61,428 nucleotides of DNA from the NCBI RefSeq assembly GCF_001194135.2, contig NC_068989.1:37015305-37076732 (forward strand), in the 5' to 3' direction. Positions 1 to 10,498 of the stretch are shown here, piece after piece. The first letter of the stretch is position 1, and the number at the start of each line of letters is the position of its first letter. The notes under the pieces were generated by a model. That model searched no databases. It had not been told where the DNA came from and worked only from the letters and a program-made list of their open reading frames with translations. Source of the DNA: Octopus bimaculoides. Taxonomy: Eukaryota. Made by a program: the position numbers and the translations under genes.

Positions 1-464
1 AGTGGTCACAGCAGGTCCTTATCTCATGGAGAGTACATAGCGTAAAATGTGTGCGGAACCTAGCAACACTATTTTCTGAAGTTCTCCCACGTTAACACTG
101 CAAGGGAGTTTGTTGAGCTGCTTATCAAGGCCCTTTTTAATTAGCCCTAAAACTCCAATCACCACTGGTGCTGTGCTGCTTTTCATTCCCCACATCTTGG
201 TCAATTCTATTTCTAGGTCTTTGTACTTAAATAACTTTTCAACTTCTTTAATGGACACAGTTCTCTCTGATGGTACTGTCACATCTATCGTTATGCATTT
301 CTTATTCTTCCCATCTTTGATGATTATGTCCGGCCTGTTTGCCTTGATTTCATTATCGATGTTGATTGGCATGTCCCAGAGTACTGTTACATCATGTTTT
401 CCGGTCACAGTTTCTGGTTTATGCTGGTACCATCTTTCTGAAGTTGGAAGCTGGTAGTGTTTAC
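1..464 (-). mobile_element. Dong/R4-clade non-LTR retrotransposon, 5'-truncated copy A (REL endonuclease C-terminus)
   Basis: Minus-strand translation WYQHKPE...LWDMPI...ANRPDIIIKD...IDVTVP...EKLFKYKDLEIE...QKIVLLGSAHILRYVLSMR* carries the restriction-like endonuclease motifs (RPD-D-EK-KY) and the LLG(T/S)AHILR terminus typical of R4/Dong. The 5' break abuts (TAA)n. Confidence 0.9.

Positions 465-528
<64 letters not shown>
465..528. repeat. (TTA)n/(TAA)n microsatellite; tail of copy B and 5' flank of copy A
   Basis: Pure trinucleotide tract read directly. Confidence 0.98.
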
Positions 529-529
<1 letters not shown>

Positions 530-720
530 CACACAACAGATTAGAGTGTTGGAAAAGAAAAATTCGTAACATCGGGCTACAACAGGTAACCTTAAATGCC
601 AAGAACCTTCTTAAGTATCCTAGCTGTCCCTAATAACACTGTTTTCAGGAGCTATACTAAACTGGGTTTTATGCCTAATTCCTCTATCCATCTGTAACCG
701 TCTTGAGATGCTATCTCTGC
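529..720 (-). mobile_element. Dong/R4 copy B: ORF C-terminus plus 3' UTR
   Basis: Minus strand reads RWIEELGIKPSLV*LLKTVLLGTARILKKVLGI* (stop at 592-594), then about 60 nt of UTR and a (TAA)n tail. Confidence 0.8.
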
Positions 721-1321
721 TCCAACTACCGTCATCATCTTCCCGCCATTCGCTTTTGGTTTGTTTTCCGCTTGGGCAGTGACATTAGTAGAATGGTCTT
801 CCTGTTCAGGGGTAACTTTTCCGCCAGTCACCGTCTCTTGTTGTATGCTATTTTTGTTTTCGTATCTTAAGTGCCTCAAGCCCATAGATAGAAATTAGCC
901 TTTATTTGTTTTCGAAGTTTTATTTCGAGCATATCTGTTTTTTTTCTATCTAAAATGAGACGTGTTACATTTTATATTTATTGTTATTATTATGTATCTC
1001 TTCTAATTTGTTTAAACGCTGTGTGCTCTACGTTGTCTTGTTTATGTACGAGTTGTACGGGTGCATATGTGGATTATATAACCATCACATTTATGTATTT
1101 TTGTGTAGAGATGAGATTGCATATACGATTATTATTTGTACTTACAGTATTTTTCTGTAGCGACATCGCATTCTCGTGTACTGTTTCAATTTATGAATAG
1201 GCAAGTCGCATCACCGCATATTGTTTATATTATCACACGCTTGTTTTTCTGTGACAACATGCCCGACAGAACCTGTATTTCATATATGAGAGAAATATTT
1301 CGGTATCCTCATCTAATTTAC

Positions 1322-1328
1322 ATTATTA

Positions 1329-1393
<65 letters not shown>
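1322..1393. repeat. (ATT)n microsatellite; tail of copy C
   Basis: Read directly. Confidence 0.98.
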
Positions 1394-2714
1394 GTTCAGT
1401 AGTTTTATTTTTATAACGTGATTTCACTTCACTACCGAGCGCAGCTCTGTGCGCCTTGGGTATGTGCTGTAGTTTGCTGTGGTGCTCTTATGGTTACTGC
1501 ATTGAAAGTGTTTTGCGTAGGATGTGTGCTGTGCCCAGTAGTGCAATTTTCTGTATGTTATATATATTTGTNNNNNNNNNNNNNNNNNNNNNNNNNNNNN
1601 NNNNNNNNNNNNNNNNNNNNNNNNNNNNNNNNNNNNNNNNNNNNNNNNNNNNNNNNNNNNNNNNNNNNNNNNNNNNNNNNNNNNNNNNNNNNNNNNNNNN
1701 NNNNNNNNNNNNNNNNNNNNNNNNNNNNNNNNNNNNNNNNNNNNNNNNNNNNNNNNNNNNNNNNNNNNNNNNNNNNNNNNNNNNNNNNNNNNNNNNNNNN
1801 NNNNNNNNNNNNNNNNNNNNNNNNNNNNNNNNNNNNNNNNNNNNNNNNNNNNNNNNNNNNNNNNNNNNNNNNNNNNNNNNNNNNNNNNNNNNNNNNNNNN
1901 NNNNNNNNNNNNNNNNNNNNNNNNNNNNNNNNNNNNNNNNNNNNNNNNNNNNNNNNNNNNNNNNNNNNNNNNNNNNNNNNNNNNNNNNNNNNNNNNNNNN
2001 NNNNNNNNNNNNNNNNNNNNNNNNNNNNNNNNNNNNNNNNNNNNNNNNNNNNNNNNNNNNNNNNNNNNNNNNNNNNNNNNNNNNNNNNNNNNNNNNNNNN
2101 NNNNNNNNNNNNNNNNNNNNNNNNNNNNNNNNNNNNNNNNNNNNNNNNNNNNNNNNNNNNNNNNNNNNNNNNNNNNNNNNNNNNNNNNNNNNNNNNNNNN
2201 NNNNNNNNNNNNNNNNNNNNNNNNNNNNNNNNNNNNNNNNNNNNNNNNNNNNNNNNNNNNNNNNNNNNNNNNNNNNNNNNNNNNNNNNNNNNNNNNNNNN
2301 NNNNNNNNNNNNNNNNNNNNNNNNNNNNNNNNNNNNNNNNNNNNNNNNNNNNNNNNNNNNNNNNNNNNNNNNNNNNNNNNNNNNNNNNNNNNNNNNNNNN
2401 NNNNNNNNNNNNNNNNNNNNNNNNNNNNNNNNNNNNNNNNNNNNNNNNNNNNNNNNNNNNNNNNNNNNNNNNNNNNNNNNNNNNNNNNNNNNNNNNNNNN
2501 NNNNNNNNNNNNNNNNNNNNNNNNNNNNNNNTTTGCAGTCCTATGGTTGTTATTTTATAATAGTTTTCCAGCTGTATAAGACCCCTGCCACCTTCTGTGC
2601 GTTATATATATAGCCTTTCTATGTCAGATTTTGGGTGGTGCATCCTATATCCTGTCATTATTTTTCTTGTTTTCCTGTCTATTTTAGATAGTTCGTTTAG
2701 TGTCCAGTTAAGGA

Positions 2715-2716
<2 letters not shown>
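1394..2716 (-). mobile_element. Dong/R4 copy C, 5'-truncated within RT, spanning an N-gap
   Basis: Right of the gap: ILNWTLNELSKIDRKTRKIMTGYRMHHPKSDIERLYI*RTEGGRGLIQLE (RT C-terminal LY.PR..GGRGL motif). Left of the gap: NIQKIALLGTAHILRKTLSMQ* (stop 1494-1496), 3' UTR and (TAA)n. The ~1.2 kb spacing fits the expected RT-end to C-terminus distance. Confidence 0.88.
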
Positions 2717-2801
<85 letters not shown>

Positions 2802-2806
2802 TATTA
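2717..2806. repeat. (TTA)n microsatellite between copies C and D
   Basis: Read directly. Confidence 0.98.
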
Positions 2807-2888
2807 TTCAGTAGTCTTATTTTAATCATGTGCATTCATTGCACTACTGAGCGCAGCTCTATGTGCCTTGGGTATGTGCTGTGGTTTG
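2807..2888 (-). mobile_element. Dong/R4 copy D: ~80-bp 3'-UTR-only insertion
   Basis: ttcagtagtcttattttaatc...cactactgagcgcagctctatgtgccttgggtatgtgctgtggtttg is a close copy of the copy C 3' UTR at 1395-1477. TAA tracts lie on both sides. Confidence 0.85.
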
Positions 2889-2923
2889 TTATTGTTATCA
2901 TTATTATTATTACTATTATTATT

Positions 2924-2995
2924 TTTTTTCTTCTTCCTTCAATTTTGTTTCCATTTCTTGTTGTGTGTCTTCTCGACACCTAAGGTAACGAAACT
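2924..2995 (-). mobile_element. Possible further short retroelement 3' end (copy E)
   Basis: Non-repetitive segment ending in an A-run plus (TAA)n on the minus strand, in the same orientation as A-D. There is no second copy in the window, so the assignment rests on position and recollection of octopus repeats. Confidence 0.3.
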
Positions 2996-3254
2996 CACTG
3001 TATACATTATCAAATGACTAAAATAAACACACCAGATTGTTCATTCATAAAATCAAATAAAGTTATGCAAGATAAATATTTGCATGGAAAATCATCGTTC
3101 TCACAGCAACAATGCTCTTCTCAACACGAGTGATGTACCAATTAAAATAAATGTTTCCACTTCTTGCAGTAATAAGCCAGGGATCATTCTCAGTTAATTT
3201 TCAGTTCCTTTCTGATCATTCCTAGTGCCCTTACAATCAATGGTAGTCCAAATA

Positions 3255-3272
3255 TCATCATCATCATCATCA

Positions 3273-3304
<32 letters not shown>

Positions 3305-3476
3305 GTCATCATCATCATCATCGTCACCACCACCAGCATCACCAGCACCACCAGCACCAGCACCANNNNNNNNNNNNNNNNNNNNNNNNNNNNNNNNNNN
3401 NNNNNNNNNNNNNNNNNNNNNNNNNNNNNNNNNNNNNNNNNNNNNNNNNNNNNNNNNNCCACCACCACCACCACTG
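3255..3476. repeat. Compound trinucleotide repeat (CAT/CGT/CAC/CAG) with internal gap
   Basis: Read directly. Confidence 0.95.
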
Positions 3477-3652
3477 ACCTTGAAACCATTGTCTATATTG
3501 TTCTTTTTATTGTTACCGCTTACAGAAAGATTAAATTAGTGCACTGTATTTACTTAGATCCGTTGATGTTCTTATTTTAAATCCCAATGATTTGGTATTG
3601 ATATAGGACCAAAGTCTGGTATTGATAAAATAGGTGTCCCTTAAGAAATTCA

Positions 3653-4026
3653 AGAACTGAAGTTGAGTAAATCATCTGTCACTCAAGTACAGAAGATGAT
3701 TAAATTGCTTTTCAGTGAAGTTCCAGTGTTGAGTTTAATATATTAGTCATTCAGAAACTGGAGTTGGGGTAGTGGTCTACCATTGAAGAACTGATGTTAA
3801 GTAAATCGTTTATTCCCCTTAAAGGCTGGAGCTGAGTAAGTCGTCAACATCACTCACAAACCGGATTTGAATGACTTGTCTATTCTACTCAGAGACTCAA
3901 GTTGAGTAAATTGTCTACTCTATTCAAAGACCGAGTTGACAAATCATTCATTCCACTTACAGACAGGTGTCAAATAAATCGTCTACTCCACTCAGAGACT
4001 TAGTTGAGTTAGTCGTCTCTCCTCAG
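3653..4026. repeat. Degenerate ~35-bp minisatellite (about 9-11 units)
   Basis: Recurring unit approximately agactggagttgagtaaatcgtctactccactcag, with starts near 3788, 3822, 3858, 3891, 3925, 3960 and 3995. Confidence 0.75.
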
Positions 4027-4259
4027 AATCCTCCGGGTACACCCAGAAATTTGAAACCCTGCGTTACACATCAGAAACCAGCATTATTAATGATTTTCAT
4101 TTACTTAAAACTTTTGCTGTTGTAATTGAAGTTGTGTTTGTTGTGGTTCTTGTGACTATGATTGTTTTTTTCTTGACCAAGAACATCTATTATGAAAAGC
4201 TTTCTAGACATGACAGTTTCGTCATTTCGTCATTGCCCAATGTAACTTCTCATTTTTAA
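4027..4259 (+). CDS. Candidate terminal exon encoding a transmembrane-like segment (weak)
   Basis: ctctcctcag| acceptor, then an open frame SSGYTQKFETLRYTSETSIINDFHLLKTFAVVIEVVFVVVLVTMIVFFLTKNIYYEKLSRH...HF*. The acceptor is part of the minisatellite unit and no homologue is recognised. Confidence 0.25.
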
Positions 4260-4289
4260 GCAACGTGGCTACTGTTAATGTAATTTTGT

Positions 4290-4745
4290 GTTGATGTATA
4301 ACGGAATGTCTGTTTCATTTTAGAGGCAGCAAGCAATTTTACATTTGTTCGTTGGAAATACTTTAACAATTATAAATGAAGGTGTCTGCAAGCATCTATT
4401 ATTTCCGTTCTTTTGTTAAAAAAAATTGCAAATGACTGTAATAAGATGTTATACATCTCTGAGAGACAAAATGACGTATCTGTAACCCATCTTTCTTACT
4501 TTCCTGTGTTTCACACATATGAAACCGAAGTCATGAAAATATCACGTGTTTTTGCACATGAATTAGGAAAAAACATTACACGTTCTATAGACGACAGTTG
4601 AATATGAATGTGTGTCGCGTATTCTAACGGTATTTTGGCAACCAATCCTTTCTATGGCTAAGTATTTGAAGTATTTATATGTTTTTGTTTACAATCGGCA
4701 GGCCACTTCCCTTTTTTAATCACTTAAATAAACGATTCGTTAAAA
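4290..4745 (+). repeat. Upstream pseudo-LTR-like copy (diverged direct repeat of ~6770-7235)
   Basis: cacatatgaaaccgaagtcatgaaaatatcacgtgtttttgca (from ~4515) aligns with cacatatgataccgaagacataaaaataacacgtatttttgca (from ~6995). Similarity extends to ~4740/7230. The region begins with an EN C-terminus-like ...NEGVCKH. Confidence 0.6.
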
Positions 4746-4879
4746 TATATACACTCTAATTTTTTCAGTGCACTCTTCTTCTTCTGTTTGTAAACCCGAA
4801 TGTTCACCTATCCTTATATATTGCTCCCTAATCTATCAAATACTGTTCACAGGCGGAATAAAAAGAAGCTGAAAATAGA

Positions 4880-6840
4880 AAAGTAGTTTCTAAAATGTGC
4901 GAAAAATGTCCCGATGCTAACCAAAGAAGAGTGCATTAAAGAACCAAAGATGTAATCAAGATGATGATGAGCCGGAAGTCATTCATCAATAAAGAGAATA
5001 TAGATACTACCAAGACAAACGAGCTAGGTTTCAGATGTTGTATATGAACTTCACAGGATAAAACACTGGAACCCTTTGAGCCTGATCGTCTCGATATGAT
5101 AAAAACAAGTTTTAAAAAATCATTCAACGAAAAATCATTCAAAGTCTTGCCAAAATTCAAAAATGCATTCATTTTTCTTCCGGCAAAGCCAAAAATATGT
5201 ACAAAACTGATATGCGCATATAGCATAGATGCCTTTTCAATAATATCGTCAAAAATTATGAGAAAACCGACCCTAACAATTACCATGCGAATTGTTTAGA
5301 AGCTAAAAAAAGGGCTACCAACTTAAAAATTGACGGTTGAATATACAATTTAGCGTTACATAAACCATAAAGTATATTTAGAAACCGTAAAGATAGTTCT
5401 CTTGTCAACCCAAAATTTAGATGATGAAATCGAGGAAAAAGTGAGACAGTTTGGGGTTGTAAACGTATTTTAGATTTCAGCATATTAAATAGTCTTCCGT
5501 TATGGAATAATTGTAAATCATTTATCAAGTGGTAAATTGACATAGAATACCTTTATAAATCTATAGAGTTCGACAGTCTAGAGTTTTATTTGTCTATAAT
5601 CAAATCACCCTTCAAAAAGCTTTAGAATTCAATAAAGTGACAAAAAGTGAATCGGATATCATTATTATTATTTTGCATTCTTGGGAATCTTTGCTATGTT
5701 AATATGATTATTTTGAGATAAATGTTTTGGTCAACAATTGTTTGATGTACGATGGAAATGAAGTATGCAAACAGCGCTTCATATGTTTACTTCAGAAAAG
5801 GTTCAGTTCTGCAGAGTTCGGTTTCTTCCGTGATGGGAGACCGTTTATTTTAAGAAGTTCCTCAACATATTCAAAACGTTAGATTTAAAGATCACAGTAG
5901 ATGTAGATACGAATCAAAGTAGTCCTAATTCAATAGAAGTAATACTAAATTTAGTTTCCAGAAATTATTATTCTTATAATAAACCTAACTAGAAAATGCA
6001 GTATATAAACAAAAATGACAAGCATACCCATAGAATCAACAAAAAACTTATTCAATAATATAAGCAAGTGTATATCCAGCTTGTCCCTTGACAAAGAATC
6101 TTTTAAACATTATTACAATGACTCATTGTAATAAAAAAAAGACCTTCAGAATATTTTGTATACAGAACAGCACTATTGTTTATAAGTATAAAAATAGGAA
6201 GCGAAATAGTAAATGACATAATCCTCCATATAGCTTAAATGTTTGTTCTAATGTTGTCAGGCTCTTCCTAAGCTTTATAAATAAGCATTACTCAATACAC
6301 CTACGTATCATAAGACATTTAGTATAAGTGGATACACGGTGAACTGTAGTATCGCTACTTCCAGAGCCAGTATCAACAGAGGAAACCTTTCCTGTACTAA
6401 CGCTCAAAACATCCCTTTCTCTTTGTAAATGCAGTGACCTTCGTTGCTGCTCTCTCAAAGGTATGAGTCTTTCTAAAGAATTAGTTTATCAATCTAGTGT
6501 CCTCTTGAAAATAGCAATAATGGAAAAAAAGAAAGCTGTTTAGGGTTTACTGAATAATCCTTTCAAATGAAAAGAGAATCTCACATGCACGCAAATATTC
6601 AGACATTCAGTAAGATTCCACACTACTCTCCTCTCCAAATGTATATGGAATTTAAAAGATGATAGCATTAACAATTATATAATTGATTTGTCCTTTGCAG
6701 AATACGCATCTCTTTATATCAAAGACGCCAGAAAATGTAACAGTTGTCTAGTGGAGAAGAAGGACATTTTATTACAGCCTTTTGCAATTCTAGATAAAAG
6801 ATACAAAACAGGAATTCTTGCAGACACTGCCATTGATTTT
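4880..6840 (+). mobile_element. Decayed full-length Penelope-like element ORF (RT + GIY-YIG endonuclease; Nematis-like clade tentative)
   Basis: Across stops and frameshifts: LEPFEPDRLDMIK; GKAKNMYK; LKIDG..LHKP.IFRN...LVNPK; EFDSLEFY; MYDGNEVC...FGFFRDG (YRDD equivalent); NPPYSLNVCSNV; CKC....CSLKG..L...LVYQS.V; LSKCIWNLK; CNSCLVEK; CRH*. All motifs are in PLE order. Confidence 0.85.
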
Positions 6841-7235
6841 TATTGAGGAATTTCTCACAGCTCGCTAAAATAGTTTGTTTCTTACACAATGGTTTTCCCA
6901 TACTTCGAAAGATGTTCGTCGAATGAAAAAAAAAATCATCAAACTAAAATGCCATTAACAACAGTCCATATTCCTTTGCTTTTATGTATTTGACACATAT
7001 GATACCGAAGACATAAAAATAACACGTATTTTTGCATGTGAATAAATGAATCTATCACGTGTTTTGCGAACTGAATATAAGAATAAGTAACTCATTTACT
7101 GACTGATTTTACAAACAATGTCATATCGCAATGACCAATCTTATTTCAATGTGCTTTTAAAATATTTCTGCTTTTGTATTGCCTCGCAATGCCCCTTCTT
7201 CAATCATTTGCGTAATCGGTAAGTTGAAAACTAAT
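6770..7235 (+). repeat. Downstream pseudo-LTR-like copy (PLE EN end plus 3' UTR)
   Basis: Diverged direct repeat of 4290-4745 that follows the PLE ORF. Confidence 0.6.
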
Positions 7236-7278
7236 GTTAAAATTTAAGAAGCTTTAGCTTCTATTAATAATGATGATG

Positions 7279-7313
<35 letters not shown>

Positions 7314-7488
7314 GTATGTATGTATGTATGTATGTGTACACTTATCTACACTTTCACAAACATACGCATATACATAAGTATGTGTGTTTGTTTACATGTG
7401 CAATTATAGTAGATTGAAAAGTCTAACTCGCAACATAACTATATAACCTAAATTTAACAGTTGTATATACTTGCACACATACACCCAC

Positions 7489-7551
<63 letters not shown>

Positions 7552-8099
7552 ATGCGCACACACATTTTAGAAATTCTAAACAACAAATCCAGAAAATTAT
7601 GAAGGAAAAAATGACTGAAAATTTCCAACAAAATCCTGATTCTGTTAAAAAAATAAGTAAATGAAATAGAAAATATTTTTATATATTTCCTAATTTGTGA
7701 AAAACTTAACTATTTCCTAATTTAGCTGAAAAACTAAAATTTTACTAATTTAGAAGAAAAAGAAAAAAAGACGGAGTGACAATATGACAAAAAAATAAAT
7801 GAATGCGAAATAAAAAAGTATACTACATTTCGAACTTCCTAAATTAGCAAAAAAAGAAGATAATATAAAAAAAAGCAAAAAGCACTATTTCCTAATTTAG
7901 ATAAAAAAAAGAAACAGGTTAACTAAAACAACTGCAAAATAAAATATAATAATATGAAATTGCAACATAATAAAACTAAATGCATAAGAACTTTAAAAAT
8001 TCAATAATGAAAATTTCCTGTTTCACCATTAGTAGTAATAGGCTTTTGCTATAATTAAAACATTTTTATATATATTTTAACATTCCTTTGAAAATGTGC

Positions 8100-8870
8100 G
8101 AATATCGCTTTTTCTCTCTTGTTTTTCTCTTCTTTTTCACAACTCTCTTTGACTCTCTTTTCTACCCTCTTTTTTTTCTGTCCCTCTCTGAACATCTTTG
8201 TACTCTCTTTTATACTCCCTGTTGCCTCTCTCTAACCCCCCTCTCTCTCTCACTGCATCTCTCAGTTCACTCGATCTTTGTTCCTTTTTCACTTCTTTTG
8301 ATCAATGTTTATCTTTCTTCGGTGTATATCATCCCATATTTGTTTTTAGCTCTTGCTGTTGTTTTCGTTGTTGTTCTTGCCTCTACTCCTCCTCCTTCAC
8401 CCCCCACTTTCTATACAAATTCTCACCTCTTATTTTGTTGTGTCACTCACCCTTTCTTTCTCTTATCTACCACCATCTCCCTACATCTATGTCTATCACT
8501 CCATTTCTCATTTTCACTTTATAAGTTCATTCTCTTTATCTCACTTCGATAATCACTCGTTCTCTTCCTTATTCCTATGTACCTTGTTATATATCTTCAT
8601 AAGTTTATGTTCTTTCCTCTCCGTTTGTATACACACATACATATAGAAAAACCTACAGAGAGAGAGAGAGAGAGAGAGATAAAGACACAGAGACAGAGAC
8701 AGAGAGAGATAGTAAGAGTGAGGGTGAGAGGGAGGAAAAGAGGGAGTGAGGAGAGAGAGAGAGAGAGAGAGAGAACTGGGCATACATGCACACACTCATA
8801 CATATATGTAAAGAGAGAGAAAGAGAGAGAGAGAGAGAGAAGGAGAGAGGGTAAGAGAGAAAAATTAAGC
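8100..8870. repeat. CT-rich low-complexity tract followed by (GA)n-rich tract
   Basis: Read directly. It explains the Leu/Ser- and Glu/Arg-rich spurious ORFs here. Confidence 0.9.
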
Positions 8871-9660
8871 ACAGAGAAGACTTTAAATGAATACGAAACA
8901 AGAACACAAAAATACAAATCTCTTCCTATCAGCTGTTTCCACATATCCTCGTACACTTCTCATCTTGTCTCGTGATACAAAATTGCTCTTTCCCACGTCT
9001 TCTTGCCCCAATACTTTATTATAGTCATGATTTTACTACCTCTTTCTCTAGCAATTTAAAAAAAAATATCCTACAGGTACACCGAAGCTAGTAATGCTGG
9101 TGTTAATGTGCCAATCACCAAATTTCAGCCAACAGCTATTGGGAGGAGATTTGTGTTATTGGTTGTGTTTACTCCTGTCTTATTCATTTGACTTGCCCTT
9201 GCTTACATTTTTTTCTATTTTGATTGTAACGCAATGCACATTTTCATCCAACCTTACTGTTTATATCTTTTCTTCAGCCGCCTTTCTCTGATCCTCGCTC
9301 ATACTTTGAAACACTAGTGGAAATCGTGTGAAAGGATGGTTGCTAATGGAAATGCTATGAATCCCCACGGGAACTTTACACAGTTGGAATAATAGAAATA
9401 ATTTTATTGGAAACAAAGATATTTACACAGCATTTCAGTTACCAACTGAATAAAGAACAGAAGTGGGGTGAAATTTTGACGAAATTCTTTAACAATACAA
9501 ATTCATTGCAATTATAAACACGGCTTATCGCGGAGTTATTGTTGCAAGACATATCTTTGCATAACCAATACCTCCGAGAAACGGATGATTCATATAAGAA
9601 TTTAAAAATCTATTCATGTCTGGATAAACCAATCTATCTTGAATCAGCAATAGAAGTAAC

Positions 9661-9832
9661 AAATACTGATTTCAAATTTTGGCACAAGGCTAGCAAGATC
9701 GTGTTCAATTGGTATTTATTTTATTAATCCTGAAAGGATGAAAGGCAAAGTCGACCTCGGTAGAATTTGAACTCAGAACGTAAACACGAAATGCCGCTAA
9801 GCGTTTTGCCCGGCGTGCTAACAATTTTGCTG
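9661..9832 (-). mobile_element. tRNA-derived SINE, family A (internally deleted)
   Basis: Reverse complement has head ...gttagcacgccgggcaaaacgcttagc..., B-box-like gagttcaaattc and the central gcctttcatcctttc...gat motif shared by at least 10 copies in this window. Confidence 0.85.
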
Positions 9833-9845
9833 TCTTAGAAATAAC

Positions 9846-10065
9846 AATATTCTTTTCTACTCTTGGCACAAGGCTTGAAAGTTTTGGGGAGGAGGCCAGT
9901 CAATTAGATCGACCCCAGTGCGCAATTGGTACTTAATTTATCGACCCTGAAAGGATGAAATGCAAAGTCGACCTCGGCGGAATTTGAACTCAGAACGTAA
10001 AGACAGACGAAATACTGCTAAGAATTTCGCCCGGCGTGCTAACGTTTCTGCCAGCTCACTGCCTT
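9846..10065 (-). mobile_element. tRNA-derived SINE, family A (near full length)
   Basis: Head, B-box gagttcaaattccgcc and central gtcgactttgcatttcatcctttcagggtcgataaattaagtacc domain (resembles the Meta-SINE domain as recalled); tail ccttgtgccaagagtagaaaagaat. Confidence 0.9.
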
Positions 10066-10174
10066 TAGAAGTAACAATATTGGCGGTGCGAGAACAAAGT
10101 ATCACTACATGATATATTGGAAGGAAGAGCTACAGTTCTTACAATATAAAAGAGAAATGTCACATGTGTGGCAT

Positions 10175-10365
10175 GTTTCCTGAGGCAATATACTGTATAG
10201 TATCACTAGAGCTAACTAGAGAACTTCTATGTGATCGCTTGAACAGCCAGAAATGACAGCTAAATCTCTTTCAAACCATGATCTACCTTTTTAGAAAGGA
10301 ACAAAACATTGAATAATATAGTACCAAAACAATTTTTTTCAGAAGAAAGACGAGTAGGCCGTGGC
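10175..10365 (+). repeat. Dispersed repeat family D (unclassified)
   Basis: The core gaaatgacagctaaatctctttcaaa recurs in reverse at ~21990-22040 and ~51935-51975. Confidence 0.55.
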
Positions 10366-10467
10366 CAGAATGAAATGCCTCTAAGCATTTTGTCCGACGC
10401 GTCAACGATTGTGTTGGCTCGCCGCCTTAAGTAATAATAACAGCAGCAGCAGCAGCAACAACAACGA

Positions 10468-10498
<31 letters not shown>

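Noticed and set aside
1418-2613. Long ORFs (200-385 aa) in the track here and at 27.4, 30.3, 35.8, 58.6 and 59.9 kb
   Set aside because: They consist of X from N-gaps and dinucleotide-repeat translations, not genes.
3653-4026. CRISPR-like periodicity (also 58364-58550)
   Set aside because: Units are contiguous and mutually similar with no unique spacers, there are no cas genes, and the context is eukaryotic.
4413-4601. ORF whose peptide resembles the translation of 6970-7060
   Set aside because: Differences between the two copies are mostly non-synonymous and one copy has a stop. The similarity is explained by the pLTR-like DNA repeat.
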